A stretch of 64,000 nt of DNA, taken from Eledone cirrhosa (Eukaryota). The translations under genes and the position numbers were made by a program. How positions within the stretch are numbered: position 1 is the stretch's first letter; each line of letters begins with the position of its first letter. Below are positions 44,511 to 57,694 of this stretch, in pieces. The stretch covers positions 71,920,001 to 71,984,000 of the forward strand of contig OZ024744.1 in the NCBI GenBank assembly GCA_964016885.1. Reading direction: 5' to 3'. The notes beneath the pieces are model-generated. The model ran no database searches, was not told where the DNA came from, and worked only from the letters and a program-made list of their open reading frames with translations.

Positions 44511-46472
44511 GGACGATGTTACTAATTCCCCACTGATTCGTGACAACTCCTTTCTCTAGTGCCTGGTTACATAACCCCAGGATGATATCATCAAAATCAC
44601 AGCTCTTCATCACATCTGACGCCACTCCATTTCTCCATGAGCCTTGCCCTCCTTGATCTTCTTCTTGGCTCTCTGAAGCTCCTCTCTGGTGAAGGGTCCT
44701 GTCTCAATATCCAGTTCCTCAAACAGCCACCTGATCTCCCTAGAGTTCTGGGCTGTGGAGGGCGGCTCTCCTAGCAGGGTCCTAAAATGGTCCAGCCATT
44801 TCCTCTTCCCATCCTCGGGCCCTGTTTCCTGGATCTGACTCGAACACCTTCTGTTTCTTCCTGTGATCTCGTTGATGATCATCCAGCTCTCCTTACACCC
44901 AGACCTGTCAACCACTCTATCCACTTCTGATCTTCTCTATCAGCGCCTCCTCTCTGTAAGGGGTACATAGTTATTCTCTCATCCCCTCCACAGTCTCCAT
45001 CCTCTCCTCCGTAGGATCAGCATAGAATTGGTCCTTGGCAGCTTTCAGGTGTTCTCTGGCTGCACACACTTTTGGGTCTGCAGAACTGACGTGCTTCCTC
45101 TCCTTATCTCTCCTCGGCACCAGGGTCTCACTTGCTTCCTCTACTGCATTGGTGAAGTACCCGTACCTCCTCGTCACACTCTCCTCAGTCCTTCCAATCT
45201 TTCTCCTCTGTCTCTCCACACAGAGCACTGAACCTGTACTTCACTTCCACTCTGAACCTCTCCTGTAGCTTATCATCTTCCTTGAAGGGCTCCCCAGTCA
45301 TAGATTGCTCTCTGGGTCTGAGCCTTACTCTTTCTTAAGCTCACCCGGACCTTACTCATAACAAGTAGGTGGTCATTGCCCAGTGTACTGAAGTAGTTGT
45401 ATGTTTCTGTGTTCAGAACACTATTCCGCCACTTATTCCTCACCAGAATGAAATCAATCTGAAACTTGGACAGGTGCATATCTGAGATGTAGGTCCACAT
45501 TTTCCCCGGATTCTTCCTAAACCTTAAATTGGTCGGTATCAAGTTCGCCTCCAGCAGGGTGTCTCTCAGTAGTCTTCCATTTCGGTTGGTGTTGTTATAG
45601 AAGTACCAGCAAAGATCTTCACGGCTCTCCTTACTCAGATGTGCATTGAAGTCCTCCAAAACAAGCAGGATGTTGTGTGCCTGAGTGGTGTTGACAGCTC
45701 TAAACACCTCCTCATGGAATTCCTCCGTGCTCACATCATTGTCTCCCTCGGTTGGACTATAGGCTGAGATGACTGTCAGACTTGGGTTTCCATTGAAGGT
45801 CACCCTCAACACTCGCGGGGAGACAGGTATGATTTCCCTCCCAATAGATTGGTTTTTGTACTAAAAAAAACCCCACTCCTCCTACTGCAGCATTCGTCGT
45901 GTTCTTCACTGCTGATGTAGTGATGAGCTGGCTCCTCTTCCCGATCATCACTCTCTTCTCAGGCTCATCGTGTAGGATCCTATGTTCTTGGATCGCAAGT
46001 ATCTGTATACCACTCTCCTCGAACAGATGACCCAACTCCTCTCTCTTCTCCAGCGTCCGAACAGTCCTCACATTCAGAGTGCCCATTTTAATGGCTCTTC
46101 TGCATGACAAAACTGCATTCTTTATATTTGTTTCAGAGACAGCTGATCCATCATGCACTGGTCCTCCCTGTAACTCTAAGCCTGCAGAGTCATAACGACC
46201 AGACTGCTTATTGACAGTGTAGTTAGGGGCTCTAAGCCTAGTGCTGTTAAATCGATTCTCCATGGTTCATTTCAGTGGCTGGTAATACCTTACCGGCGCC
46301 ACTCGAATAAGGTAATTATTTAACACATAAATAGGGCCCTAATAGGTACTAGTACTCCGGGCCAGAGCAGACCTGGAAGTTATGACAACTAAGGGATAAC
46401 TCCACATTCCCCACAGCTCCTGAACTCCCGAACTGGAGCCTTGCCACTGGCTGTAGCTTAATGTCATACCCA

Positions 46473-46475
<3 letters not shown>
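44510..46475 (-). mobile_element. 3'-truncated RTE-like LINE relic (5'UTR + APE endonuclease + linker)
   Basis: GTLNVRT, AIQEHR, GGVGF, ISAYSPT, DFNAHL, QIDFILVRNKWRNSV and DH motifs; frameshifted; stops near the RT start. Confidence 0.8.
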
Positions 46476-46520
<45 letters not shown>

Positions 46521-46687
46521 GAATGATCGAGAATCGGAATATCAGCCCACGAAATCACGATAAACAATATCCGATATATGTGGCAGAGGGCTCAATAATT
46601 TGGAAAAATCAGAGCTATAACTATCGTTAAAATATCTGAGTATATTCCTAATTAAATGTTCATATATATACACACATATATATATAT

Positions 46688-46744
<57 letters not shown>

Positions 46745-46940
46745 GATAAATCTACCAAGAGTTTACGGTAGTGTCCAATCCGTATGAAGAACTCAATGTA
46801 TTCCGGATATCATGGAAAGAAGAGATGTAATGAAAAATCACTTTCGGTGAAAGATAAACGGTATACAGAGTCAAGATAAAATATTAAACAAATAATGAAT
46901 AAAACAATGAAACAGTTCCTTATATTAAACAAAAAAAGTT

Positions 46941-47090
46941 CATTATTTAACGATCGTTTCTAGGATATATATGTGTTAGAATTGGCATGCATATTCAACA
47001 GATCTATGTACAAGATTATACAAAATTATACAAACTATCAAGATTAAATATACATACCAACACATATATACGCCGTCTTCAGAAATAATG
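46941..47090 (-). ncRNA. Type I hammerhead with very long stem II
   Basis: Minus strand: cattattt CTGAAGA cggcgtatatatgtgttgg...ctaacacatatatatccta GAAA cgatcg TT aaataatg; 8-bp stem I, palindromic stem III. Confidence 0.72.
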
Positions 47091-47668
47091 AAATATATTT
47101 ATTGATAATAACAACAATTCAAAATTTCAGGTCCGTTTGGGAACAAAATTGACCAATGAAAATACAAAAGGTTTTATGCAGTTCGGTGTGTGTATATACA
47201 TGTAACTACCCTTACACATATTTTACAAAAATGTATGCTCAACATGTATACGCATACCAAAAGGATGGATGCAAATACAAAATTTCAAGGTTAATGTCTC
47301 TGTAAGTTTATAATGCACAGATAAGATGCGTATAGACACATAAATATGAAATAAGTGTATACACATATTCTCATACTCACACATATCCGTACAATCACAC
47401 ACACGCGCGCGTATATGCATAAACATACACATAATTACGAACATACAAACACACACACACCCCCACTCACATATATATATGTGGATATAATATCATAAGC
47501 ACATGGATATTAATTCACTCACATAAACACTGTCACACACATTTAGATCAAGATACAGAAATTAGGTGGGAGGGGGGGAGAGGTCAGTATTCAACGGTTT
47601 GGGCAGACTGCTTATTATAGATGTATCTATAAACTAAGAAAATAAAAAGAAAAAAGAAATATATCAAG

Positions 47669-47669
<1 letters not shown>

Positions 47670-47728
<59 letters not shown>

Positions 47729-47838
47729 CATATATATAAACACATACATACATATACACACATCCACACTTAGAACATACATACACACACATATATAAAC
47801 ATATACATATACACACATACACACATATACACACATAC

Positions 47839-47903
<65 letters not shown>

Positions 47904-48200
47904 TATAATCACACATACTATATAGACACACATATATATACACACATACACGCACATATACATACACATACATACTTATATACATACAGATATACACATA
48001 CATACCTATATATAGACGCAAATTCATACAGATATACATATATACATACACACAAATACTTACGCATCCATATATCGGTATATACATACAAACACCACTA
48101 CACTCTCACACAACTCAGACATACAAAGAAAAAGGTATATACCCATATACATATATATATACAAATAGAGATACATATACATATATATATATATATATAT

Positions 48201-48237
<37 letters not shown>

Positions 48238-48429
48238 CACATATACACACATATACATACATACACATACATACATGTACACACACATACATATACATAC
48301 ATACACACATACATACATACATATATAGTCATACACACACATACACCTACACGAACATACACATACACATATATAAAGATATATATATATACACACACAC
48401 ATACACACACACACATATATATAAAATAA

Positions 48430-48498
<69 letters not shown>

Positions 48499-48825
48499 CA
48501 TATACATACACACATACATAGACATATATGTACATACATACACATACATACATACATACACACACATATATACATATATATACACACATAGACACATACA
48601 TACATACACACACAACATACATACACACACATATATACTCATACATATAATTAGATATATATTCATACATACATACGCACTTACATATACTCATATATAC
48701 AAATACATACGCATCCATATATGCGTATATACATACAAACACCACTACACCCTCACACAACTCAGACATACAAAGAAAAAGGCATATACATATACATATA
48801 TACACGCATTAATAGAGATATATAT

Positions 48826-48865
<40 letters not shown>

Positions 48866-49084
48866 ATTTATATATATACACCCACACACACATACAACTA
48901 TAAACACACATACAAAACATACAAACACACACATACACATATATATACACATACATATATATACACACACACACAAAAAACAGACATACATATATATATT
49001 TTTTTACACATATATATACACATATATATACATATACACACCCTCACATATACACACATACACATAAGTTATATTATAATAATA

Positions 49085-49129
<45 letters not shown>

Positions 49130-49384
49130 CGAATATAGACATATATACACACATAGATATATATATATATATACATATACACACACACACACACACACAC
49201 TCACATATATATGTGTGTGTGCGCACACGCACATACATACACATACACACATATACACGTAAACACATACATGTGCATACATGCACATACACACATATAC
49301 CCACATAGATACGAAGATAGACATATAAATAGAGAGACATACATATATATACACACACATATATACATACATACATACACACAC

Positions 49385-49421
<37 letters not shown>

Positions 49422-49555
49422 CATACACACATACACGCCCACACACATATACACATATACACATATATATACACATACACACATACACATACACATATAT
49501 ATACACATGCATATATACACACATATATATACATACACACATATATATACACACA
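47670..49555. repeat. Degenerate (TA)/(CA) low-complexity tract with an ~80-bp internal duplication (48061 and 48708)
   Basis: Seen directly. Confidence 0.93.
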
Positions 49556-50253
49556 ATCTTACATTCTTATTTGCATGCGCATATATGTATTTTTATATTC
49601 AGATATAAATACCCAAACATATATACACCTACCTACATATATATTCATACATACACGCTTACAAACACAGATGATAATAGTATGGGGGAAAGGGGGGGGG
49701 GGGGTTGGAGAAGGGGATTATAGTAAAAATATGTTTCAAGAAACATAGAATATTATCTGTATCTGGATCCAATGTATGTTTTTACATAGTTTCAGTGTTA
49801 GGAAATACAAGAAATAAGGCAAAATTTATGCATTTCAAAATAAATAAGTATACCATTAATTATATGTTAACTAAACTAAAGATAGTTAACATATTGATTT
49901 CTAAGGTGTAAATTAGTTAGATTTATAATATTTGAAGCAGAATTTTGAAGTTAAATAGTAGTAGAGTATTAATTATAGTATAACTAAATTAAAGTTAATA
50001 ACGTTATGGTATCAATATTAGGAAATGAATTTAGTAATAGGGAAAAAACAAATAAAGTATTACATCGGTAGTAGAATATAAATTATAGGTTAACTAAATT
50101 AAATTATATATTAATTTCTATAGTATATGTTAATTAGGTATATAATAAATAAAACAGATATTGTATTTTATCAATAGCAGAATATAATTATATGCAAATA
50201 GAAATCAAAATTAATACATATACATATACATATACATACACATATATATATAC

Positions 50254-50300
<47 letters not shown>

Positions 50301-50788
50301 TACACATACATATACATACATACATATACATATTTTTTCAAAAATTGCAAAGAATATATTAACTAGGTATATATCCAAAACACATCTCATTCTATGATTA
50401 CATGACATTCTGCAATCCGTCTGTATAAGGATACTAATTTTAAGCCAATTAAATTAAATTTTTAGGTTGACTAAATTTAAAACCAAATTATAAATATATT
50501 TCTAAAATGTATATTAATTAGGTCTATAATACTAAAAATTATTTCTCTGTCATTGGATATACGATATTTTGTTATATTTTATCTGTAAAGGAATTTTAAT
50601 AAAAGGTTTAAATAAATTAAAATTAATCTATAAATTAAATTACTAAGTATATATTAGTAATATTTAAAGGTTTTTCACAATTTATGATTACACAATATTT
50701 TATATTCTCATCTGTAATAGAATTTTAATTAAATTAAATTTATAGGTTAACTAACATTTAAATTAAATTAATTTCTAAAATAATGTTA

Positions 50789-53068
50789 TTAATTAGGTTT
50801 ATAATATTTAAATGTTTTTTTTAGTTTATGATTACACGATATAATTAATTCCTGTCGTTTATTTAATAGGATATCCTTAGATTTCATTATTTCAAATAGT
50901 TCTTGGGAACATAATCTACATTCATTTCTATTATTTTGATAAGGGGTGGCTCTTTTGAGCACACTCCAGGTCAAATCATATTCTATATTCTTATTTTTAT
51001 AACTATTGATTTTTTCTGCTAGAGATGTTGTATTAGCCAGTGCGGCATTTTTAAAACTATGCTTGTGGGTATTAAACCTTGTCTTAAAATTGTTAGAGGT
51101 AGCTCCTATATATGAGCAAATAGAATCTTTAGTTTTAACATTACATTTATAGACTATGTTGTTAACAAGACAATTCCCTTTTAATGGGCAGTTTGCTTTG
51201 TTTCTACAGTTACAACCTTTCGTTAATTCTGTATTTGAGGAGATATTATGGTTAATTTGATGTACTGGTGGTATACTTATGGTTTTCTTACATTTATATG
51301 CATTATAGGCACTTATATTTTGTTTTATGTTATTTGTTGTAGAGTATGAGAATTTAACTGTAGACCTATTTAAGATTTGATGGTATTTGTGGTTAGGCGG
51401 GAAGTTTTTCTCTAGGATATAAAAAAATTTTTTAGCAATATTATCCTTAATTTGTAAATTAAATGGAGCATTATACCAAGTAACCCGTCTATTACGGTTT
51501 CTATGTTGTTTATTATTTTTATTATTTTTATAGGTTGTATCGTGATGTTTACTAGGAGGATTAATGTTAATGATCACACCACAACCATTTTTAGTTATAT
51601 TTGTAGATTTAGGTGTTTTATCCTTTTTATTAGGAGTTTTATTATTAATATTTATTAGAGTTGTATGATGAGTAGTTTTTTGAGAGTTACTATATTTTAT
51701 ATTAGAAGATTTGGTATTTTGGGGTATAGTGTGGGTGGCATTTAGGTGTGTACTTTTCATTTGGTGTTTGTTGGTAATATTAGGTTGTATGCTTTCAGTA
51801 TTTTTAGTAGAAGGTATATATTCTAATCTATTTTTGTGGCCACTTCTATCTAGAGCTTCGTTATAGAAGGTCGCATTTTTATCAAATACATCTTGGTTAG
51901 AAGAAAGGTTAGAAATTCTAAGTGATATATTATATGCAAGGTTTTTAAGGATAGATTTAGGGTGATTAGATTGTGAGTGTATGTAATGTAAGTTTTGGTT
52001 TGGTTTATGATAAGGTTGGTAGATACCCGTAGCTAAATCTAAAGTTATATCTAGGAAATTTACTACTTTACTTGTTTTTTCAAAAGTAATATGAAGATTA
52101 TAATAGTCTTTAAGGAAAGTTCTAATATGTTTTTTGTTTTTTTCAATTTCTGAAAGGCTAAGGTTGTTAGAAAGAAGAAGACAGTCATCACGATATAAAC
52201 CACCTTTGAGGTGGGGAAAGGAGGCATTTATGTTGAAAAGGAGAAAGAGGCCCACAAGATCAGTAATTTGGGCGGAATCGCTTGAACCCATAGTAATATC
52301 AAATAGATTACTATATGTGTTTCTGGTCCAGTATTCATTCTGAAATTCAATAAGTGTTAGTCTAGCATGTGTAATAATATTAATGTCATCCAAAGTTAAG
52401 TTAGATCTATTTTTAGCAAATATCAATGCTTTGTTCAGGAGTATAGGTGATATAGAAGAATAGTAATTATCTATATCAAATTGTAGAAATGAAGCAGAAG
52501 ATTTACATCTAATATTTTTAAACCAGTTAATTACCTGGGAGGTGTTTTCCCAGAGTGGTAAAATAACGTGTTTTCTTATTTGTGGGATGACTCTATCCAA
52601 AATTTTTTTGCTAATTATTCCAATATCTGATTTGGAGGGACATATAAGTCTAATAGAAGGATTTGAGTTAAAGTTTGATTTATGATCCTTCAGGTTGAAG
52701 TGTGGTCTTTTCAATGCCAAAGGTTCAGTTCTATCTTCAATGTTTAGTTTTTTTACTATGTTGTGTGTTTTGTTGTTGATGTTGGTGAGTGACGCATTAT
52801 TAGATTTTTTATAATTTTTTCTGAGTTCTTTATATATGAACTCATTATAATGTTCAATATCCATATGATACAAGTTACCAGTTTTGTCCGAGTGGACATG
52901 GATTTTTTTAGACTTTTTTAGGTCCAATAGGGTAGAATCAAGGTCCTTTTGAAAGACGGATTTATACTTTTTAAATTTGAGGTGTTTAATTAAATTAAAA
53001 AGGTCTTTCTCGAAGTCTTCAAGTAAAAAGTTGTGTGGTGGATTCTTGTAAGTATTGAAATCATATTT
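50789..53068 (-). CDS. Penelope-like (Naiad-type) RT + GIY-YIG endonuclease, N-terminally truncated open frame
   Basis: SDKTGNLY, LKDHK, FDIDNYYSSI, ITMGSSDSA, YRDDCL, FLDITL, SNHP, CNC..CPLKGNC, IVYKC...YIGAT..FKTR. The upstream residues in the ORF track run through (TA)n and are artefactual. Clade assignment is from recalled motif style. Confidence 0.85.
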   Translation of the reverse strand, partial: KYDFNTYKNPPHNFLLEDFEKDLFNLIKHLKFKKYKSVFQKDLDSTLLDLKKSKKIHVHSDKTGNLYHMDIEHYNEFIYKELRKNYKKSNNASLTNINNKTHNIVKKLNIEDRTEPLALKRPHFNLKDHKSNFNSNPSIRLICPSKSDIGIISKKILDRVIPQIRKHVILPLWENTSQVINWFKNIRCKSSASFLQFDIDNYYSSISPILLNKALIFAKNRSNLTLDDINIITHARLTLIEFQNEYWTRNTYSNLFDITMGSSDSAQITDLVGLFLLFNINASFPHLKGGLYRDDCLLLSNNLSLSEIEKNKKHIRTFLKDYYNLHITFEKTSKVVNFLDITLDLATGIYQPYHKPNQNLHYIHSQSNHPKSILKNLAYNISLRISNLSSNQDVFDKNATFYNEALDRSGHKNRLEYIPSTKNTESIQPNITNKHQMKSTHLNATHTIPQNTKSSNIKYSNSQKTTHHTTLININNKTPNKKDKTPKSTNITKNGCGVIININPPSKHHDTTYKNNKNNKQHRNRNRRVTWYNAPFNLQIKDNIAKKFFYILEKNFPPNHKYHQILNRSTVKFSYSTTNNIKQNISAYNAYKCKKTISIPPVHQINHNISSNTELTKGCNCRNKANCPLKGNCLVNNIVYKCNVKTKDSICSYIGATSNNFKTRFNTHKHSFKNAALANTTSLAEKINSYKNKNIEYDLTWSVLKRATPYQNNRNECRLCSQELFEIMKSKDILLNKRQELIISCNHKLKKTFKYYKPN

Positions 53069-53627
53069 TATATATATATATATATATATGTATAAGATTG
53101 GAAGTGAGTAAAATCGAAGTCGCGGCGCTCGCTCGACCAGCATCCACGAAAAAAACAATATTTATAGCCTTGCACGAAGCACACAATAATATATCGATAA
53201 ATCAATAAGTTACATCTTAGAGTAATAAACATACGTTAAATAGCATGACAAATTGAAAACTGTGGTTAAGGGGACAAAGCCACAGAAGCCACCACAACAA
53301 CGAAAATACAATCAGGTTAAATAACAAACCTGGACTGTATCGAAAGATATTATACAATATCCTCGATTGGCTTCTGTGAAATCCTAAATCAACAATCCAA
53401 CTTGCGCAATATACAAGTTTGTAGCGTTTGAAGACCGAAACGCGGACTCACGTTATCAATGGGTTTCCGTTCCGGGTCTAGAACTTGGTGTGAAGCGTCG
53501 CCGTAAGTGACTGCGGCGCTGTCACGTTTTCTTTCTCAAGCAGAGGAAAGAACACATCCGGGTCTTTGGCGGGCAAATTCAAAGTGTGAACAAAAGAATT
53601 GACTCCGTTCAACACACACACACACAA

Positions 53628-53659
<32 letters not shown>

Positions 53660-54016
53660 AATCGACCCCATAAGGATGAAAGGCAAAGTTAACCTCGATA
53701 TAATATTTATATATAAGAGGCACTAGACTTTCTGTGTGTTTTGTTTCCTAACGGCTATACATTAATGGTTTGGCTTAGCCCAGACGCTGGACTCTGGAAG
53801 GACCAGCAGTACCGTTATTAGGGGTCGAAACTGCCCAAGTCCATCTCAACGGCCGATGACAATGGAGTTCTGTGTCCTTCGTTTGTATTATTATTTTTTT
53901 TTAATAATTTTTTAACCTTTCCTCTTAAAAAATTGGTTTTCGTTTTGTTTTGCTTTCATTCGTTATTTTGTCCATCTTTTTGTTAATTTTCTCAAGTATA
54001 TATATATATATATATA

Positions 54017-54742
<726 letters not shown>

Positions 54743-54750
54743 ATATATAT

Positions 54751-55530
54751 GAACATTTAATTAAGAATATACTCAAATATTTCCTAATGTTTGTTGAGTG
54801 AGTTGGAATTTGGCTGGAGTATCGCTATTAGCTTTCTCCGTTTATGTATTTATATATTTACTCTTGGTGCAACAGATAAGAACTTTCCCGATATAAGGTA
54901 TGACTCTCATTGTTTATTTTTTATATGAATATTGATTGTTTGTTATTGTATCTCATTCTGTTATTCTGCCCGAGAAGATATCTATATGTGTTATTAAGCG
55001 ATGCGCACATATGGTTATTTTTTCATATCCAATTGAGTTCCTAGCACGTGGCTTGAATTCTTTTCGGAATTCAACGACCTGCGCATGTATTGTTTTTGGC
55101 GGTAGTCTCCTTCCTCCTATTTTCGAGACAGTGTGAGATTTTCTTTAGAACTGCTGGACTAACAACCTGGCAGCTCCCCCAAGCACTGATGGTGATTATC
55201 GCTAAATATTGATGTTGATTTGGGCATCCACTGAAGAATTATAAGAGCCCACTTGAACAAGTATCTGTTGATCTTATACAAGCTTCTACATAATTTGGTA
55301 TAATTTCACCCAACTTGTAAAAATCTTATAATGAAACGAGTCGTCTGGAAATGATATATTTTATATATCTCATATGAAATGATACAGCTAATTATCCACA
55401 CAATACAATATAGTTAGCACCCTGAACGTTTAATTAGGAATATACTCACTTATTTCCTAATGTTTGTTGAGTGAGTTGGGATTTGGCCGGAGTATCGCTG
55501 TTAGCTTTCTCCGTTTATGTATTTTTATAT
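54751..55530 (+). mobile_element. Family F retrozyme-like element, ~1.15 monomers (period 673 bp)
   Basis: About 100-bp terminal direct repeats starting at 54751 and 55424; one hammerhead; no long ORF; (TA)n both sides. Confidence 0.78.
55227..55349 (+). ncRNA. Type I hammerhead with long stem II loop (family F)
   Basis: tcca CTGAAGA attataaga [~75 nt] tcttataat GAAA cgagtcg TC tgga; perfect 9-bp stem II base, GUC site. Confidence 0.85.
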
Positions 55531-55532
55531 AA

Positions 55533-55575
<43 letters not shown>

Positions 55576-55636
55576 TATATATATATACATATATATATAC
55601 ATATATATATATACATATATATATATACATATATAC

Positions 55637-55730
<94 letters not shown>

Positions 55731-55735
<5 letters not shown>

Positions 55736-56464
55736 GAAACACACAGATACATGCGGACACACACATATACATGAATGCATCCACACCCAACCGTGAGTTA
55801 AGGGTGCCAACCTCACCGATGTTGCTCAATGAATGACTGGGACAGACCAATCCGGTTGAACCAGACTGAACCAGTATCAGAGTTAAAAATACATTATGAA
55901 GAGAGAAGAAACATTTAGATATAATTAGTAATAAAATGTATCATACCTACACTGCTCCTAGATTCCTCGACTACGAAGTTTCGTGGCATAAACAAAAACA
56001 ATACATCATAAAGATGTATCTGTGTGTTTCTAAATATATTGTTAATAACTCCCTCTGGTTGAGTAATCTTTGAAGTGTGGTGACTGCTGGAAAGCTGCCA
56101 TTACTCATACTTCTCGCCTCCTTCACCACCTCTTCTACGGCTTCGATATAAATACCCCCTCCGCCTCTGTGGTATTTTCTTCGGGGTTATAAGAGGCTTA
56201 GCTCTGTTTCTCGACCGTTATATCGCGTGACTATCTCCCCCTCCGCCTTTTGGGATTCTTTCTCACGTCGTGTAGACGCGTTCTTGAGACTAGTAAAATG
56301 AGGTATCCTCTTGATAAGTCGGCAGACCTCGCAGGGACTCTATATCTTTATGATGTATTGTTTTTGTTTATGCCACGAAACTACGTAGTCGAGGAATCTA
56401 GGAGCAGTTTAGGTATGATACATTTTATTACTAATTATATCTAAATGTTTCTTCTCTCTTCATA

Positions 56465-56470
<6 letters not shown>
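55731..56470 (+). mobile_element. Family C retrozyme-like element, copy 2 (inverted 55731-56015 + forward 56016-56470)
   Basis: The inverted arm links the 3' end of the forward arm back to its 5' start. Confidence 0.82.
56306..56395 (+). ncRNA. Type I hammerhead with U3-A8 core (family C, copy 2)
   Basis: Same core and stems as 54424-54513. Confidence 0.75.
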
Positions 56471-56495
<25 letters not shown>

Positions 56496-56543
56496 CTTGA
56501 GAAAATAAAAAATAAAAAAACATATATATATAGGAAAATGTTT

Positions 56544-56631
56544 AACCCCGACGGCAGAGCTCAAGCCGTTTCGATGGCTATTTCAGTCCAGAAATAGCCG
56601 TCGAAACGGCTTGAGCTCTGCCATCGGGGTT
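56544..56631. repeat. GC-rich hairpin, 41-bp arms, 6-nt loop
   Basis: Arms are reverse complements with 2 mismatches. Confidence 0.9.
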
Positions 56632-56707
56632 TCCTATTACCCACTCTACTATATTGTGTACTCTGGTGCGTTATGGTCCATCTGATTCCTTACCACACCT
56701 TCTTCGT

Positions 56708-56745
<38 letters not shown>

Positions 56746-57075
56746 GGTGAGAGAGTGAGAGAGAGTGAGAGTGGGAGAGAGAGAGAGTGAGAGAGAGACA
56801 GAGAGAGAGTGAGAGAGAGAGTGAGAGAGAGAGTGAGAGAGAGAGTGAGAGAGAGAGTGAGTGAGAGAGAAGGAAGTATCTCTTTAAAATGTTATTCATT
56901 GCATATCGAACGTTACATAAGTTATGCAGATGATTGACTAGCTTTAGAACTTTATCGATGTAAAGTGAAAGACCTGACCTCATTGGTTAGCAAACTTGTG
57001 GACTCAATTAAGACATCACACACACACACCCACACACACAGATACACACACACACACACAATCAAACAAACACAT

Positions 57076-57126
<51 letters not shown>

Positions 57127-57385
57127 TTGCGAGGTTTTTTATATGAAATCGTGTGTCGAAACAGATATTGTTATATTTGGGGAGGGTCATATTTGCGTAA
57201 TATTGCCAGAATTAATAACAGAACACACTCACTGTTTGGTTGGTTTTCGCTTCTCGCTGTCTTTTATATATATATATCTGCGATCTAACTTACTCGGTCC
57301 TCAATGTTGCCATTGACTGACCGGCGGTCAAAAATAATACAGATACAATATAGACAAACACATATATATATAGTTTACATAATTT

Positions 57386-57428
57386 ACATAAATCTTTCGT
57401 TGCACATCTGCAACATCGTCAGTGGTGT
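57386..57428 (-). ncRNA. pLTR hammerhead motif
   Basis: Minus strand: acacca CTGACGA t gttgca gatg tgcaac GAAA gatt TA tgt; strong stem II, weak stems I and III. Confidence 0.65.
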
Positions 57429-57694
57429 TATATTCATTGTTCCTCCTGTTGTGTTGTATGTCGGTGCCATTTTTTTTGTTCAGTCTGTCTATATATTTAT
57501 TTATTTATTTGCTTGTTTGTTTATCTTATTTTATTTTGTCTTCTTTGCGCATGCGTTTGCGTGTGTGTATAGTGTTATGTGTGATGTGTGACTAGTGTGT
57601 ATAGTGTTGTGTCTGCTAGGTGACTAGTGTGTGTTTATGTGCTTGTGTATGTATTTATTTATCTTATTTTATTTAATTTAATTTACTTATTTAT

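Larger units (their letters stand above)
46741..53068 (-). mobile_element. Naiad-like Penelope-like element, 5'-truncated, with a long microsatellite-filled 3' region
   Basis: RT + GIY-YIG ORF, same-strand hammerhead near the 3' end, (TA)n at both ends. Continuity across 47100-50780 is inferred. Confidence 0.6.

Noticed and set aside
50789-53068. Selenoprotein-type Naiad
   Set aside because: No in-frame TGA in the visible ORF and no SECIS identified.
53069-53158. N-terminus of the 789-aa ORF
   Set aside because: It reads through a (TA)n tract from a non-ATG start; PLE homology begins only after the repeat.
53788-53843. tggact...gacc/ggtc GAAA...agtcca hammerhead-like fold
   Set aside because: Stems I and II pair, but the core (ctggaag) and cleavage site deviate too much.
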